Made by a program: the position numbers and the translations under genes. The notes under the pieces are model-generated. The model had not been told where the DNA came from. It was given only the letters and a program-made list of their open reading frames with translations, and searched no databases. This document shows positions 19,624 to 28,749 of a stretch of DNA of 64,000 nucleotides, piece after piece. Each line of letters opens with the position of its first letter. The stretch's first letter is position 1. The stretch is from the IMG/VR virus record IMGVR_UViG_3300016476_001224. One strand, given 5' to 3'. Origin of the DNA: an uncultured virus (IMG/VR IMGVR_UViG_3300016476_001224). Taxonomy: Duplodnaviria; Heunggongvirae; Uroviricota; Caudoviricetes.

Positions 19624-21165
19624 ATGGTAGGTACATTCAGTTTTAACCCAGGTACAATTACAGAAGCAATAAATTACCCAGTTCAAGATTATTTATCTTT
19701 AACCTCATCAACTACACCTGATACTGACCTATTATTTCCTTTATTAGATAATGAAGAGAAACTAATTAATCCAATTGCATTAAGAAATGCTATATTATCA
19801 CTATGGACAAGTGTACCATTTAAAGAAACTAAAACAACTACTTTAAATGGAACTTATTCTTATATAGGTGTTGATACATTAGACCCAGTAGATAATGACT
19901 TAAAAAGAACTATATTCATTGGTAAAAGGTCTTTCTCTGGTACTTACTCATATGATAACTCACATGATATTATGACATCAACATTACTCAATAGTGATGT
20001 TGACATATTCTTATACAATACTAAGTCTGATGTTGTATCAAATACAATTACTAGAATGTCAATTCTTTCTGGTAAAAAGACAAGTTTATATTCTACTGCT
20101 CCTTTTATACAAAGTGAAAGAGTATCTGGTGTAACAGAATCTGTTTCAATAGATTTTGTTTCTAAATCTGGTGATGTTACTATTGGAAATATAGTTGATA
20201 TTGGTAATCCTGCAACTGCAAGTTTTAACTTAAATGGAATATTACTACCAAATATAGATGTAAATAATAATGGAGATGGAACTTATTCAAATCCAGCTTT
20301 AGATAGCAATATATGGTTTTGGAGAGATGGTAAAGTTGTTTGGGATGAATTAACATTACCACAATTAGATACTATTGGTGCCACAGGTTCTGAGTTAAAT
20401 ATTTTTGGAACACCTGTTAATGTAAATGGATATTCATTAGAGTTAGATGATAATAGATATATGCCAATAACAATAGGTGGTTTACCAATGTGTAATTCAT
20501 TCAATAATATTTCAATAAGTGAAGTTCTAAGAGGTATGTTATATACTTATTTAGGACCTCTTTGTACAATATCAGTTGATCAAAAGTATTATGAAGTTGG
20601 AACTTATCCAACACCAACATTAACTTATACAATTACAAAAAGAACAAATAGTACATTACCAACTGGGTTAATGAATATGATACCTGGTGTTTATCCACCA
20701 ATAACTACACCTGGACAAACATCAATAACAGGAACATCAAGTGGAATAGTTATATCACCAATAGGTGCAACATCAACTACATTTACAATTACTGTAACTG
20801 ATGGAACAACAACAAACTCATCAAGTGTGAGTGTTGAAGGTATTTATCCTTATTTCTATGGATTTAGTAATGTAGATGTTATAGATAATAATGTTTTAAA
20901 TTCATTAACTAAGTTAGTAGATTACAAATCAGATAAAACAATAGATATATCTGGTTCAGGTAATTACTACTTTGTTTATGATAGTTCATATGGTTTATTA
21001 ACAGAGATATTAGATGATTATGGACTTGACCATATAAATGATTTTTCTTATTCAGTAAGAACACTATCAAAATTTCCTTGGGCAACTAAAGAGTTTTTAG
21101 TTTATCAATGGAATAATGTTAGTCAAATAGGTCCACCATCAATAAATTACCAATTCAAGTATTAA
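19624..21165 (+). CDS. Virion structural protein, paralog B
   Basis: Shares KLI.P...R.A.LS.W, GKRSF.G, DIFL.NTK.D, VNGYS.E and EVLR..LY.Y with 18085..19620. Confidence 0.6.
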   Translation: MVGTFSFNPGTITEAINYPVQDYLSLTSSTTPDTDLLFPLLDNEEKLINPIALRNAILSLWTSVPFKETKTTTLNGTYSYIGVDTLDPVDNDLKRTIFIGKRSFSGTYSYDNSHDIMTSTLLNSDVDIFLYNTKSDVVSNTITRMSILSGKKTSLYSTAPFIQSERVSGVTESVSIDFVSKSGDVTIGNIVDIGNPATASFNLNGILLPNIDVNNNGDGTYSNPALDSNIWFWRDGKVVWDELTLPQLDTIGATGSELNIFGTPVNVNGYSLELDDNRYMPITIGGLPMCNSFNNISISEVLRGMLYTYLGPLCTISVDQKYYEVGTYPTPTLTYTITKRTNSTLPTGLMNMIPGVYPPITTPGQTSITGTSSGIVISPIGATSTTFTITVTDGTTTNSSSVSVEGIYPYFYGFSNVDVIDNNVLNSLTKLVDYKSDKTIDISGSGNYYFVYDSSYGLLTEILDDYGLDHINDFSYSVRTLSKFPWATKEFLVYQWNNVSQIGPPSINYQFKY

Positions 21166-21184
21166 AAAATTTTATATATAGATT

Positions 21185-23464
21185 ATGCCAATTATAATAG
21201 ACAATTTTCAAGTAAATACCAATGCACCAATTGACAACAGATTTGTTGTTGGACCTGGTTTATTTTATCTAACTAAAGATGATATAAACTATAAATATGT
21301 AGGACTTAGAGTTTGGGACTCAAATGATAATATACCTTATTATTGGGATGGTACTCAATGGTTGAGTGAAAACTCTGTTGGTGTAATAATTGACAATACT
21401 GCAGCAGTGGGATATTTACCAAAATTTACAAATGGTCCTACAATAATTGGTAAGAGTTTACTATTTGAAAATGTTACTTCAAATCAATTAGGTTTAGGCT
21501 TAGTAGGTAATAATATCAATGCAAATCATGATAATACTACAACTCAATATGGTCTTCATGTTGCAGGTAATATAAAGACAAATAAATACTTTTTAGGTGA
21601 TGGACAATTTATTAACAATATAAATGCTACCAATGTAACTATTGGAAAAATGAATATTGCACGTATAGATAAAGTACAATCATTAGTAGCAGGTACTCCA
21701 ATTGCACCAAATACTAATTATGTTTTATATAATGATGGTTCTAATGTAACTTGGAAAGATTCAACTACTATATCAGTTTTAAACTCTGAAAACACAAATA
21801 ATGTAAATGTGGTTAGTGATATAGCATCAACTACCACACATTATATAACATTTGCTCAAAGTACTGGTAATGTTCCTGTTAAGATAAACTCATCTAAAAT
21901 ACAATTTAAACCAAGCAATGGTCAATTATTTTTAAGTAATGGTAGTTCAACTGAACCTGTTTATTCATTTTTAGGTAGTACAAATACAGGTATGTATTTT
22001 GATGGATATAATATTAACTTTACAAATAATGGTTTAAATAGAGTTAGTATTAGACCTGGTGGTATAACAATATATGACCCTAATTATACACAAATAGATT
22101 TTTATAAAAATCCTACAGATGTTCAAAAATTATTTGTAGGTGTAGGTGGTATTTTAAAATATAGAACAAATGCTTGGGATCCTGTAGATTCTGTACAAAT
22201 TGCAAGTGATAATATAGTTTGGCATAGTGGTAATCTTTATACATTAAGAAATTCAGGTAATTTAAGTATTGAGACTGGAAGAAATACAAACTCACAAAGT
22301 ACTGATGCAAGCGGTGCAATATTAAAAGGTGTTTACACATATAATGTTTATAATAGTGTAATAACACCATCAACACAAGTTCACTGGAGTGTAGTATCAT
22401 TTGGTAAAGGTGATGAAGGTTCAATACAATTGGCAAGTAACTGGTATGGAAATAATACTCAAAATGGTCTTGTTTATGCAGATAGAGATATTCTTTTAAG
22501 AAGTTTAAGAGATACTGTTGATGATTGGAGCCCTTGGGTTAAAATATGGAATAGTGGTAATTCAGGGTATGTACCATTTGGTGCTATTTTAATGTGGAGT
22601 GGTTCAGTAAATCAAATACCAACAGGTTGGAAATTATGTGATGGTAATAATGGAAATTCAGTTAGTATACCTGCAGGTTCTGTACCTGGTTATCCAAGTA
22701 TTACATCTATTACAATTCCTGATTTAAGAGAAAGATTTGTTGTTGGTGTGGGTAATAACCCAGGAATATCAAAATTAGATTACTCAACAACATTTACATT
22801 TACAGGTAAACATGGATCCACAACCACATCAACAAAAACTTATACAGTGAATACAACCACTTCATATTGGATTGATGGCACTCTTGCATCAGGTATTTTA
22901 AGAACAGGTAATGCACCTGATGGTTATAAATATCATTTATATACTACTACAGGTTTTTATTTCATTTATGATAATAGATTTAAGTGTTATGTACTAATAC
23001 AAGGAACAATTCCTGCAGTAAATGCTACTGTAACTGGTACTATAATCTTTGCAAATGGACAAGATGGAAATTTTAGTAATGGAAGAAATCCTATAGAATA
23101 CTCATCTGGTGAATATAAAGACTCATATACTACATATACTGATATATGGACAAATGGTAGAAGAGTTGCATATTTAGAAATTGTATGGCCAACTATACAA
23201 AGTAGTTATAGTGTAGGTGATATGGGAGGTACTAATTCAATTATAATGGATAATTCTCAATTACCAAGACACAAACATGATGCAACAAATGGTGAAAATT
23301 ATGCAAATAACGGTGTATATGGATATGTTGGTTCACAAAATAACTCAGGTGCATATGATGGTGATAATTATCATTATCTAACATCACCTATAGGTAATAA
23401 TCAACCTATTGAGAATAGACCACCATACTATGCATTAGCATTTATAATATACACAGGAATATAA
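21185..23464 (+). CDS. Tail fibre protein with tail-collar domain
   Basis: VPFGAILMWSG, IPTGWKLCDG, PDLRERFVVG, ENRPPYYALAFII, WSPWVKIW. Confidence 0.8.
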   Translation: MPIIIDNFQVNTNAPIDNRFVVGPGLFYLTKDDINYKYVGLRVWDSNDNIPYYWDGTQWLSENSVGVIIDNTAAVGYLPKFTNGPTIIGKSLLFENVTSNQLGLGLVGNNINANHDNTTTQYGLHVAGNIKTNKYFLGDGQFINNINATNVTIGKMNIARIDKVQSLVAGTPIAPNTNYVLYNDGSNVTWKDSTTISVLNSENTNNVNVVSDIASTTTHYITFAQSTGNVPVKINSSKIQFKPSNGQLFLSNGSSTEPVYSFLGSTNTGMYFDGYNINFTNNGLNRVSIRPGGITIYDPNYTQIDFYKNPTDVQKLFVGVGGILKYRTNAWDPVDSVQIASDNIVWHSGNLYTLRNSGNLSIETGRNTNSQSTDASGAILKGVYTYNVYNSVITPSTQVHWSVVSFGKGDEGSIQLASNWYGNNTQNGLVYADRDILLRSLRDTVDDWSPWVKIWNSGNSGYVPFGAILMWSGSVNQIPTGWKLCDGNNGNSVSIPAGSVPGYPSITSITIPDLRERFVVGVGNNPGISKLDYSTTFTFTGKHGSTTTSTKTYTVNTTTSYWIDGTLASGILRTGNAPDGYKYHLYTTTGFYFIYDNRFKCYVLIQGTIPAVNATVTGTIIFANGQDGNFSNGRNPIEYSSGEYKDSYTTYTDIWTNGRRVAYLEIVWPTIQSSYSVGDMGGTNSIIMDNSQLPRHKHDATNGENYANNGVYGYVGSQNNSGAYDGDNYHYLTSPIGNNQPIENRPPYYALAFIIYTGI

Positions 23465-23494
23465 TAAAAAAAGAGACTTTTTAAGTCTCTTTTT

Positions 23495-24184
23495 TTATTC
23501 TTCTAATTTTTCAAACCACCAGTTAAAGTAAATGTAATTATCACCAATTAAATTATATGTATCATTGTCATATCTTATTATAATTCTATCATTATGTGCT
23601 CTAACAACCTCTATAACAATTCCTTTTTCCATTTTTAATTGTTTACCAGTTTCAACTGAATAACAAGTAAGTTCATTATTTAATAATCTATACTCTCCAG
23701 GTTCTGGTTTTAACCAAGTTTTAATTGTTTTAGTAATCAATCCTGTAATCTTAATAATCCATTCTCTTGGTTGATATAAGTCTGCATCTTTAAATACCTC
23801 TGATGTTAACTCAGGATTTTGTCCCATTACATCTTCTAATTTACCCCAATACTCTTCTTCACCAATAACAAATGTTAAGTAAATGTCATAACCTAAAGTC
23901 TCAGATTTAACAATTCTTAATATCTTCATTGACTTAATATCTTGTTCTTCTAATGCTAATTTACTTCTAAGTGATCTATAAGCATTAGTTCCTTTAATGT
24001 TATACATAATGTCATTGATTCTAGACATTGCCTGTCTAATAGCATCCTGTGCTTTATCAAATGCATTTGTAGATAATGAAGGATCATCAACATGAGTAGA
24101 TGCTTGAACACTATCAGAGTTCATACGTTGCAAATTAAATTCTGATAGTTCAGTTATTAAATATTTAGACCTTTTATTTTTCAT
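23495..24184 (-). CDS. Hypothetical protein
   Basis: 229 aa ORF ending at hairpin aaaaaagagact..agtctcttttt (about 23467-23496). Confidence 0.7.
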   Translation of the reverse strand: MKNKRSKYLITELSEFNLQRMNSDSVQASTHVDDPSLSTNAFDKAQDAIRQAMSRINDIMYNIKGTNAYRSLRSKLALEEQDIKSMKILRIVKSETLGYDIYLTFVIGEEEYWGKLEDVMGQNPELTSEVFKDADLYQPREWIIKITGLITKTIKTWLKPEPGEYRLLNNELTCYSVETGKQLKMEKGIVIEVVRAHNDRIIIRYDNDTYNLIGDNYIYFNWWFEKLEE

Positions 24185-25079
24185 ATATCTGTTTAATTTT
24201 ATCTTCTATACATTCATTATATTTTATATTTATTAACTTAATATTCATTTTTTCACAGAATTCTTTTTTGATATTATCTCTTTTTTGTATGTTATTAAAC
24301 ATATTAACTCCACCAAAATACTCAATTGGTTCATAATGTTGTCTACCATTAAACTCTATACAAATATTATTATTTGGTAAGTAAAAGTCAAATTTAAGTT
24401 CTCTTATAAATTTACAATCTGTAAATTTATACTCTCTTATATAAGAAACATTATTATCTTTTAATATTTTTATTATATCTCTCTCACCTTTGGATATTTT
24501 ACATATAGGACACCCTACACCATATATATGAGAATGTGCAATTTGGTTAAAAACACCATGTTCTTTACAGATAATATCTAATCTACTATTCATATTATAA
24601 TAACTAACTAGTGAATAATCATATTTATTATTATGTATTATATTACATCTATTAATAAATTTTTTACTATCTATTTTAATACAATTAGGACAATCTTGTC
24701 CTTTTAAATGATTATTAGGAGTTTGTTCAAAAATACCGTGTTCTTTACAAATTATTTTAATATTATTTTTACTACCATTACAATCAACTAATGAATAATC
24801 ATACTTATTATTATGTATTTTAGAAGATTTCTCTATAAATTTTTCTGTATTTAACTTTGCATTCCCTTTACAATAAGGACAATCTTGTCCTCTTAAATGA
24901 TTATTAGGAGTTTGTTCAAAAATGCCATGTTCTTTACAAATTATTTTAACCTTAGTTTTATTATTGATATAGTTAACTAAAGAGTAATCATACAAAACAC
25001 CTCTAACTTCTAAACATTTTTTTAAAAATTTTTCTGTAGAAGATTTTTTGGTTATTCTTTTCATAATTAAACTTTTCAT
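24174..25079 (-). CDS. Putative homing endonuclease: repeated zinc-ribbon modules plus Vsr/PD-(D/E)XK-like nuclease
   Basis: Three YDYSLV...IICKEHG.F.Q....H..G..CP repeats; KFDFYLP...IEFNGRQHY. Confidence 0.75.
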   Translation of the reverse strand: MKSLIMKRITKKSSTEKFLKKCLEVRGVLYDYSLVNYINNKTKVKIICKEHGIFEQTPNNHLRGQDCPYCKGNAKLNTEKFIEKSSKIHNNKYDYSLVDCNGSKNNIKIICKEHGIFEQTPNNHLKGQDCPNCIKIDSKKFINRCNIIHNNKYDYSLVSYYNMNSRLDIICKEHGVFNQIAHSHIYGVGCPICKISKGERDIIKILKDNNVSYIREYKFTDCKFIRELKFDFYLPNNNICIEFNGRQHYEPIEYFGGVNMFNNIQKRDNIKKEFCEKMNIKLINIKYNECIEDKIKQIYEK

Positions 25080-25114
25080 AATTAATATATATATTAAAAT
25101 TATATTTTAGTAAA

Positions 25115-25435
25115 ATGAAAATAAGAAGATTTTTTGAAGCAGAAGAACAAAAAGATATAGCAACTGAAAGAGTTGAAGAAATACTAAAAGAGTTAAAAGA
25201 ATTTACTGACCAATTAGAAGAAAAAAGTAAATTCACTGATGCCTTAGAAACAGAATTAAGTAACTATAAAAACTTGTCAAATAAAAGTAATGATCAAATT
25301 GATGATTCTATAGCAGCATTACAAATAATTAAAAAGAATGTTGATGATAGTATTGATAAGTTAGATACTGTTATTACTAATATTCAAAACTATAATGAAG
25401 AAGGTAGAAAATACCTTTATACAGAAAACAAATAA
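25115..25435 (+). CDS. Coiled-coil protein with capsid-targeting-like leader
   Basis: MKIRRFFEAEE; divergent double late-promoter motif at 25082-25097. Confidence 0.7.
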   Translation: MKIRRFFEAEEQKDIATERVEEILKELKEFTDQLEEKSKFTDALETELSNYKNLSNKSNDQIDDSIAALQIIKKNVDDSIDKLDTVITNIQNYNEEGRKYLYTENK

Positions 25436-25457
25436 TATTTTAAATCATATAATAGTT

Positions 25458-25613
25458 ATGTCATTTGCAAGAGGTTGGGGAAAAGATGGTGATAAACACA
25501 GAAGAGAAGATGATTTAGTTAATTATATAAAGAAGTTACATAAGTCAAATAAAAATATCTGGAGAAAGATTAAAATACTAAAAATACTTAATAGTGAAGA
25601 GTTCAACAAATAA
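25458..25613 (+). CDS. Small protein with C-terminal tag
   Basis: Likely start MSFARGWG after AAAC-N18-TATAAT; ends RKIKILKILNSEEFNK. Confidence 0.55.
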   Translation: MSFARGWGKDGDKHRREDDLVNYIKKLHKSNKNIWRKIKILKILNSEEFNK

Positions 25614-25791
25614 TCCTGGTATAGTTTGGTTACCATATACAATACAAGCAATGGCTGCAACTTGGTCAGGAACTCCTAATTTAAGTAAGTCAATAACCAG
25701 TAGATATTCAATAGTAACAATTGAAACAAAAAATGAAATAAGAAAAAGAAAGATTAAAAATATATTAAAAGAAGAAAACCACTCAATTTGA
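25594..25791 (+). CDS. Mini-protein: major-capsid C-terminal-like fragment plus C-terminal tag
   Basis: GTG start; PGIVWLPY-x20-SRYSIV, then RKRKIKNIL. Confidence 0.6.
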   Translation: MKSSTNNPGIVWLPYTIQAMAATWSGTPNLSKSITSRYSIVTIETKNEIRKRKIKNILKEENHSI

Positions 25792-25800
25792 GTGGTTTTT

Positions 25801-26283
25801 TTATAACATATGGTCTGATGCAGATAATATTATATCTCTAACTGTATTAATATTTTCCTCAATTTCTGAACCATCAACTATTTTATATACATAACTACTA
25901 TTTATTATTAAAAATCCATATTCTTCAATAATCTCAAAAAATTCAATTTTTTGGTCAATTTTTAGATGTTCTTTAAAATAGGATAGATATTTATTCAATT
26001 CATTGGTTTTTAAACTATCATATTCTTTTTTAAATCTTATGGAAGGCATTGTATCAAAAAAATGATTAGATATACATTTTGTTAAATCTTCATTACTAAG
26101 TGATTTATATTTTTTTGAAAAATCTAACTTATAAACATAACCATACATTGACCACCATTTTTCAGCATCCTTTTTAATATTTTCATCAGAATCTCTATCA
26201 ACACCTCTTGAGTTTGCAGATGATAGTTCAATTAAATATTTATCAGTATCTTCAAAACTCTCAAATACTTTTAGATATTTCAT
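25801..26283 (-). CDS. Hypothetical protein with leader
   Basis: MKYLKVFESFE. Confidence 0.7.
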   Translation of the reverse strand: MKYLKVFESFEDTDKYLIELSSANSRGVDRDSDENIKKDAEKWWSMYGYVYKLDFSKKYKSLSNEDLTKCISNHFFDTMPSIRFKKEYDSLKTNELNKYLSYFKEHLKIDQKIEFFEIIEEYGFLIINSSYVYKIVDGSEIEENINTVRDIILSASDHML

Positions 26284-26795
26284 TATTTAGTAAATTTCAA
26301 TTTGTAAAGTGTTCTATAAATTAATGCAACAACTTCATCAATAATATTTTGTAAATGTGTATCTTCTGCAGATATAGCTTTTCTACCATGTTTTACAAAT
26401 TCAGCTAAACCTTCAAAGTACTCAATTTTCTCTTTAGTTCTTGTATCATTTGTATCAATTGTTTCATAACCATCAACAATACCATATTGACCTTGGTAAG
26501 TCTCAATTAAATCATCAATTAATTCTAATACACCATCATAGTAATCATTTAAAGCAGTATGTGCAGCATGTGAACCCATTTCACCATTTACTTGTAAGTG
26601 ATAGATGTGTGCCATCTCTCTTGATTCAAATAATTTAGAGAAAAGAGCAACAGGTGTACCTTCTTGAGTTTCAGGTTGTGGTTCAGGTTGTTCAGTCTTA
26701 CCAGTTTCCTCTGGTTGTTTAATATTTTGAGGTAGATTAGCTAAAGCCATTTCCTCAGCTTCATATACTTTTCTAATAGTAGAAAACTTTTTCAT
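26283..26795 (-). CDS. Ferritin/Dps-like four-helix bundle protein (DUF5856-like)
   Basis: AHIYHLQ, HTALNDYYD, DDLIETYQGQYG, LQNIIDEV...TLYKLKF. Confidence 0.7.
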   Translation of the reverse strand: MKKFSTIRKVYEAEEMALANLPQNIKQPEETGKTEQPEPQPETQEGTPVALFSKLFESREMAHIYHLQVNGEMGSHAAHTALNDYYDGVLELIDDLIETYQGQYGIVDGYETIDTNDTRTKEKIEYFEGLAEFVKHGRKAISAEDTHLQNIIDEVVALIYRTLYKLKFTK

Positions 26796-26877
26796 ATAAT
26801 ATCTTTATTTTTTCTGTTATATATATTTTTTGAAATATAACTTTTAATATATATATAAAATATAAAAGTCATAAATT

Positions 26878-27144
26878 ATGAAATATATCAGAAAGTATGA
26901 AAAGTTTGTTGAGTCAACAATGACTGCACCTGCTAAACCAGTTGTTAAACCAGACACAGATACACCAACTAGAACAAAACCTTCAAGACCAGGTGTAGTA
27001 CCAGGAAAAAGACCAAGTGAGGAAGATGCACCTTTGGCAAAATTAAAACAACCAGGAAAAGATGCAACTTTAGAAGATGTTTTCAACAGATTAGTTAAAG
27101 TTTGTAATGAAGAAGGTATAGAACTTAAAAATTTAATTAAATAA
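26878..27144 (+). CDS. Pro-rich small protein with leader
   Basis: MKYIRKYEKFVES; TTAATATATA at 26844-26853. Confidence 0.7.
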   Translation: MKYIRKYEKFVESTMTAPAKPVVKPDTDTPTRTKPSRPGVVPGKRPSEEDAPLAKLKQPGKDATLEDVFNRLVKVCNEEGIELKNLIK

Positions 27145-27145
27145 T

Positions 27146-28741
27146 ATGAAGAGTTTCTCACAATTTTTAAAAGAAGAAATAGATTTAAGAGGTAATCAAG
27201 GTATTCCTGATGATTTCATGAGTAATGCAGATAGACAAGCAAGAACAAATCTTGGTGTAAATATTGATGACCCAAGACAATTAGGACAATATGGTTCTCA
27301 AATTGGTAGATTAATTGCACAATCTCAACAAATGATGACAAGAGGTTTAGATAGAGAACAATTAAAAGAAAGAAAAGAGAAGTTAGAAAAATTAGCTTAT
27401 GATATAGTTATATCAGAATATGCTGAGATTTTAGAAGCTTCTGAAAAACCAGTTGAATTAATTATAAAGTTTGTTGAAGAAGGTAGAGTTCAAAATGAAA
27501 TTCCTGAAATGGGAGATATACCATCATTTCCAAATCAAGAAGAAGTAAGAGACCCAGAATTAAGAAAGGCTGTTGATAAAAAGAAAATATTAAATGCCAT
27601 TAATCAAGGTGAAGCAAAGGCAACAAAATCTATTATTCAATACTCTGATTTAGTTGAACCAGGATTAAGAGAGATATTTGGTGAACAATGGCAACAAATA
27701 TTAAATATATGGTTAGAAACTACTGATGTTGCAAATAAATTAGACTGGATTTTCCCATTACAAATGAAATCTCAAATGATGAAAGATGTACCACAAGGAA
27801 TGGCTGGTGCTTGTCAAGTTAAATGGGAAAAAGATGAAGAAGATGAAGAAGATGAGGCTCAAGAAGCACAAGAAGAAAATAGTTATCAAGATGAAGATGG
27901 TACAATATTAACAGGTGACCAAGATGATTTTGATAAGATTACTATTAAAGCAGTTGGTATTGACTTTCCAATGTTAATACATGAAGCAGTTAAAGGTATT
28001 TGGTCATTAATTAAATCTGGTTCTATTAAAGAAGATGAAGAGTTAGCACAATTAATTGCTAAAAACACTTCTTCTTTTTCAGATGAATCACAAGATTTTA
28101 GATATGGAGTTCCAATGCAAGCTATGTTTAGAGATTTTATCAATGCATGTAAAGATGCAAATAAATATTCACAAATGCCATTAAGAATTTATGGTAAAAT
28201 TGCTTTAGATAAAGACAGAGATGGTGAGTTCTCAGATGAAGAGTTCTTACAATTAACAAAAGAGATATTTGGTTCATTTGATTTAGTAGATGAAGGAAGA
28301 TTAGAGTTTACACTTAATATTGAGAAATTCAATGCTTCTCCTGCTAAAAGAAAAATTGAAGCAATAATTGCTAAAATTGTTGAACTTGAAAAAGAATATG
28401 AAGATGAATTATCTAAATGGGAAATGGAACAACAATTTGGTGGTTCAGAAGAACCTTCATATTCAGAGGAAGATGGAGAAGGTCTTGACAATTACTTATC
28501 TGGTTTAGGAATTAATAAGGCTAAAGAGGAAGAAGAAGTTGAGGAAGAAGATGAAGATGAAGATGACATTGATACATTACTTGATAAATTATCAGCTGCT
28601 AAAACAGAACAAGAAAGAGAAGAAATTAAGAAAAAGTTAAATAAATTAACTGAATCATTATCAGAAGATGGTAAGAGAATATATGGTATAGAGATAGAAA
28701 GAATACTTGAATCAACAAAATACCACATAAAAAGAAAATAA
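27146..28741 (+). CDS. Large acidic hypothetical protein with leader
   Basis: MKSFSQFLKEE; FPMLIHEAVKG. Confidence 0.75.
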   Translation: MKSFSQFLKEEIDLRGNQGIPDDFMSNADRQARTNLGVNIDDPRQLGQYGSQIGRLIAQSQQMMTRGLDREQLKERKEKLEKLAYDIVISEYAEILEASEKPVELIIKFVEEGRVQNEIPEMGDIPSFPNQEEVRDPELRKAVDKKKILNAINQGEAKATKSIIQYSDLVEPGLREIFGEQWQQILNIWLETTDVANKLDWIFPLQMKSQMMKDVPQGMAGACQVKWEKDEEDEEDEAQEAQEENSYQDEDGTILTGDQDDFDKITIKAVGIDFPMLIHEAVKGIWSLIKSGSIKEDEELAQLIAKNTSSFSDESQDFRYGVPMQAMFRDFINACKDANKYSQMPLRIYGKIALDKDRDGEFSDEEFLQLTKEIFGSFDLVDEGRLEFTLNIEKFNASPAKRKIEAIIAKIVELEKEYEDELSKWEMEQQFGGSEEPSYSEEDGEGLDNYLSGLGINKAKEEEEVEEEDEDEDDIDTLLDKLSAAKTEQEREEIKKKLNKLTESLSEDGKRIYGIEIERILESTKYHIKRK

Positions 28742-28749
28742 TAGATTAA

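Noticed and set aside
24687..24950. Two near-identical repeats of about 70 bp
   Set aside because: They encode the repeated zinc-ribbon modules of the endonuclease. No reverse transcriptase is nearby, so a DGR template/variable pair is unsupported.
27960..28000. HEAVK as a zinc metalloprotease site
   Set aside because: It lacks the second His of HExxH, so a catalytic role is unsupported.
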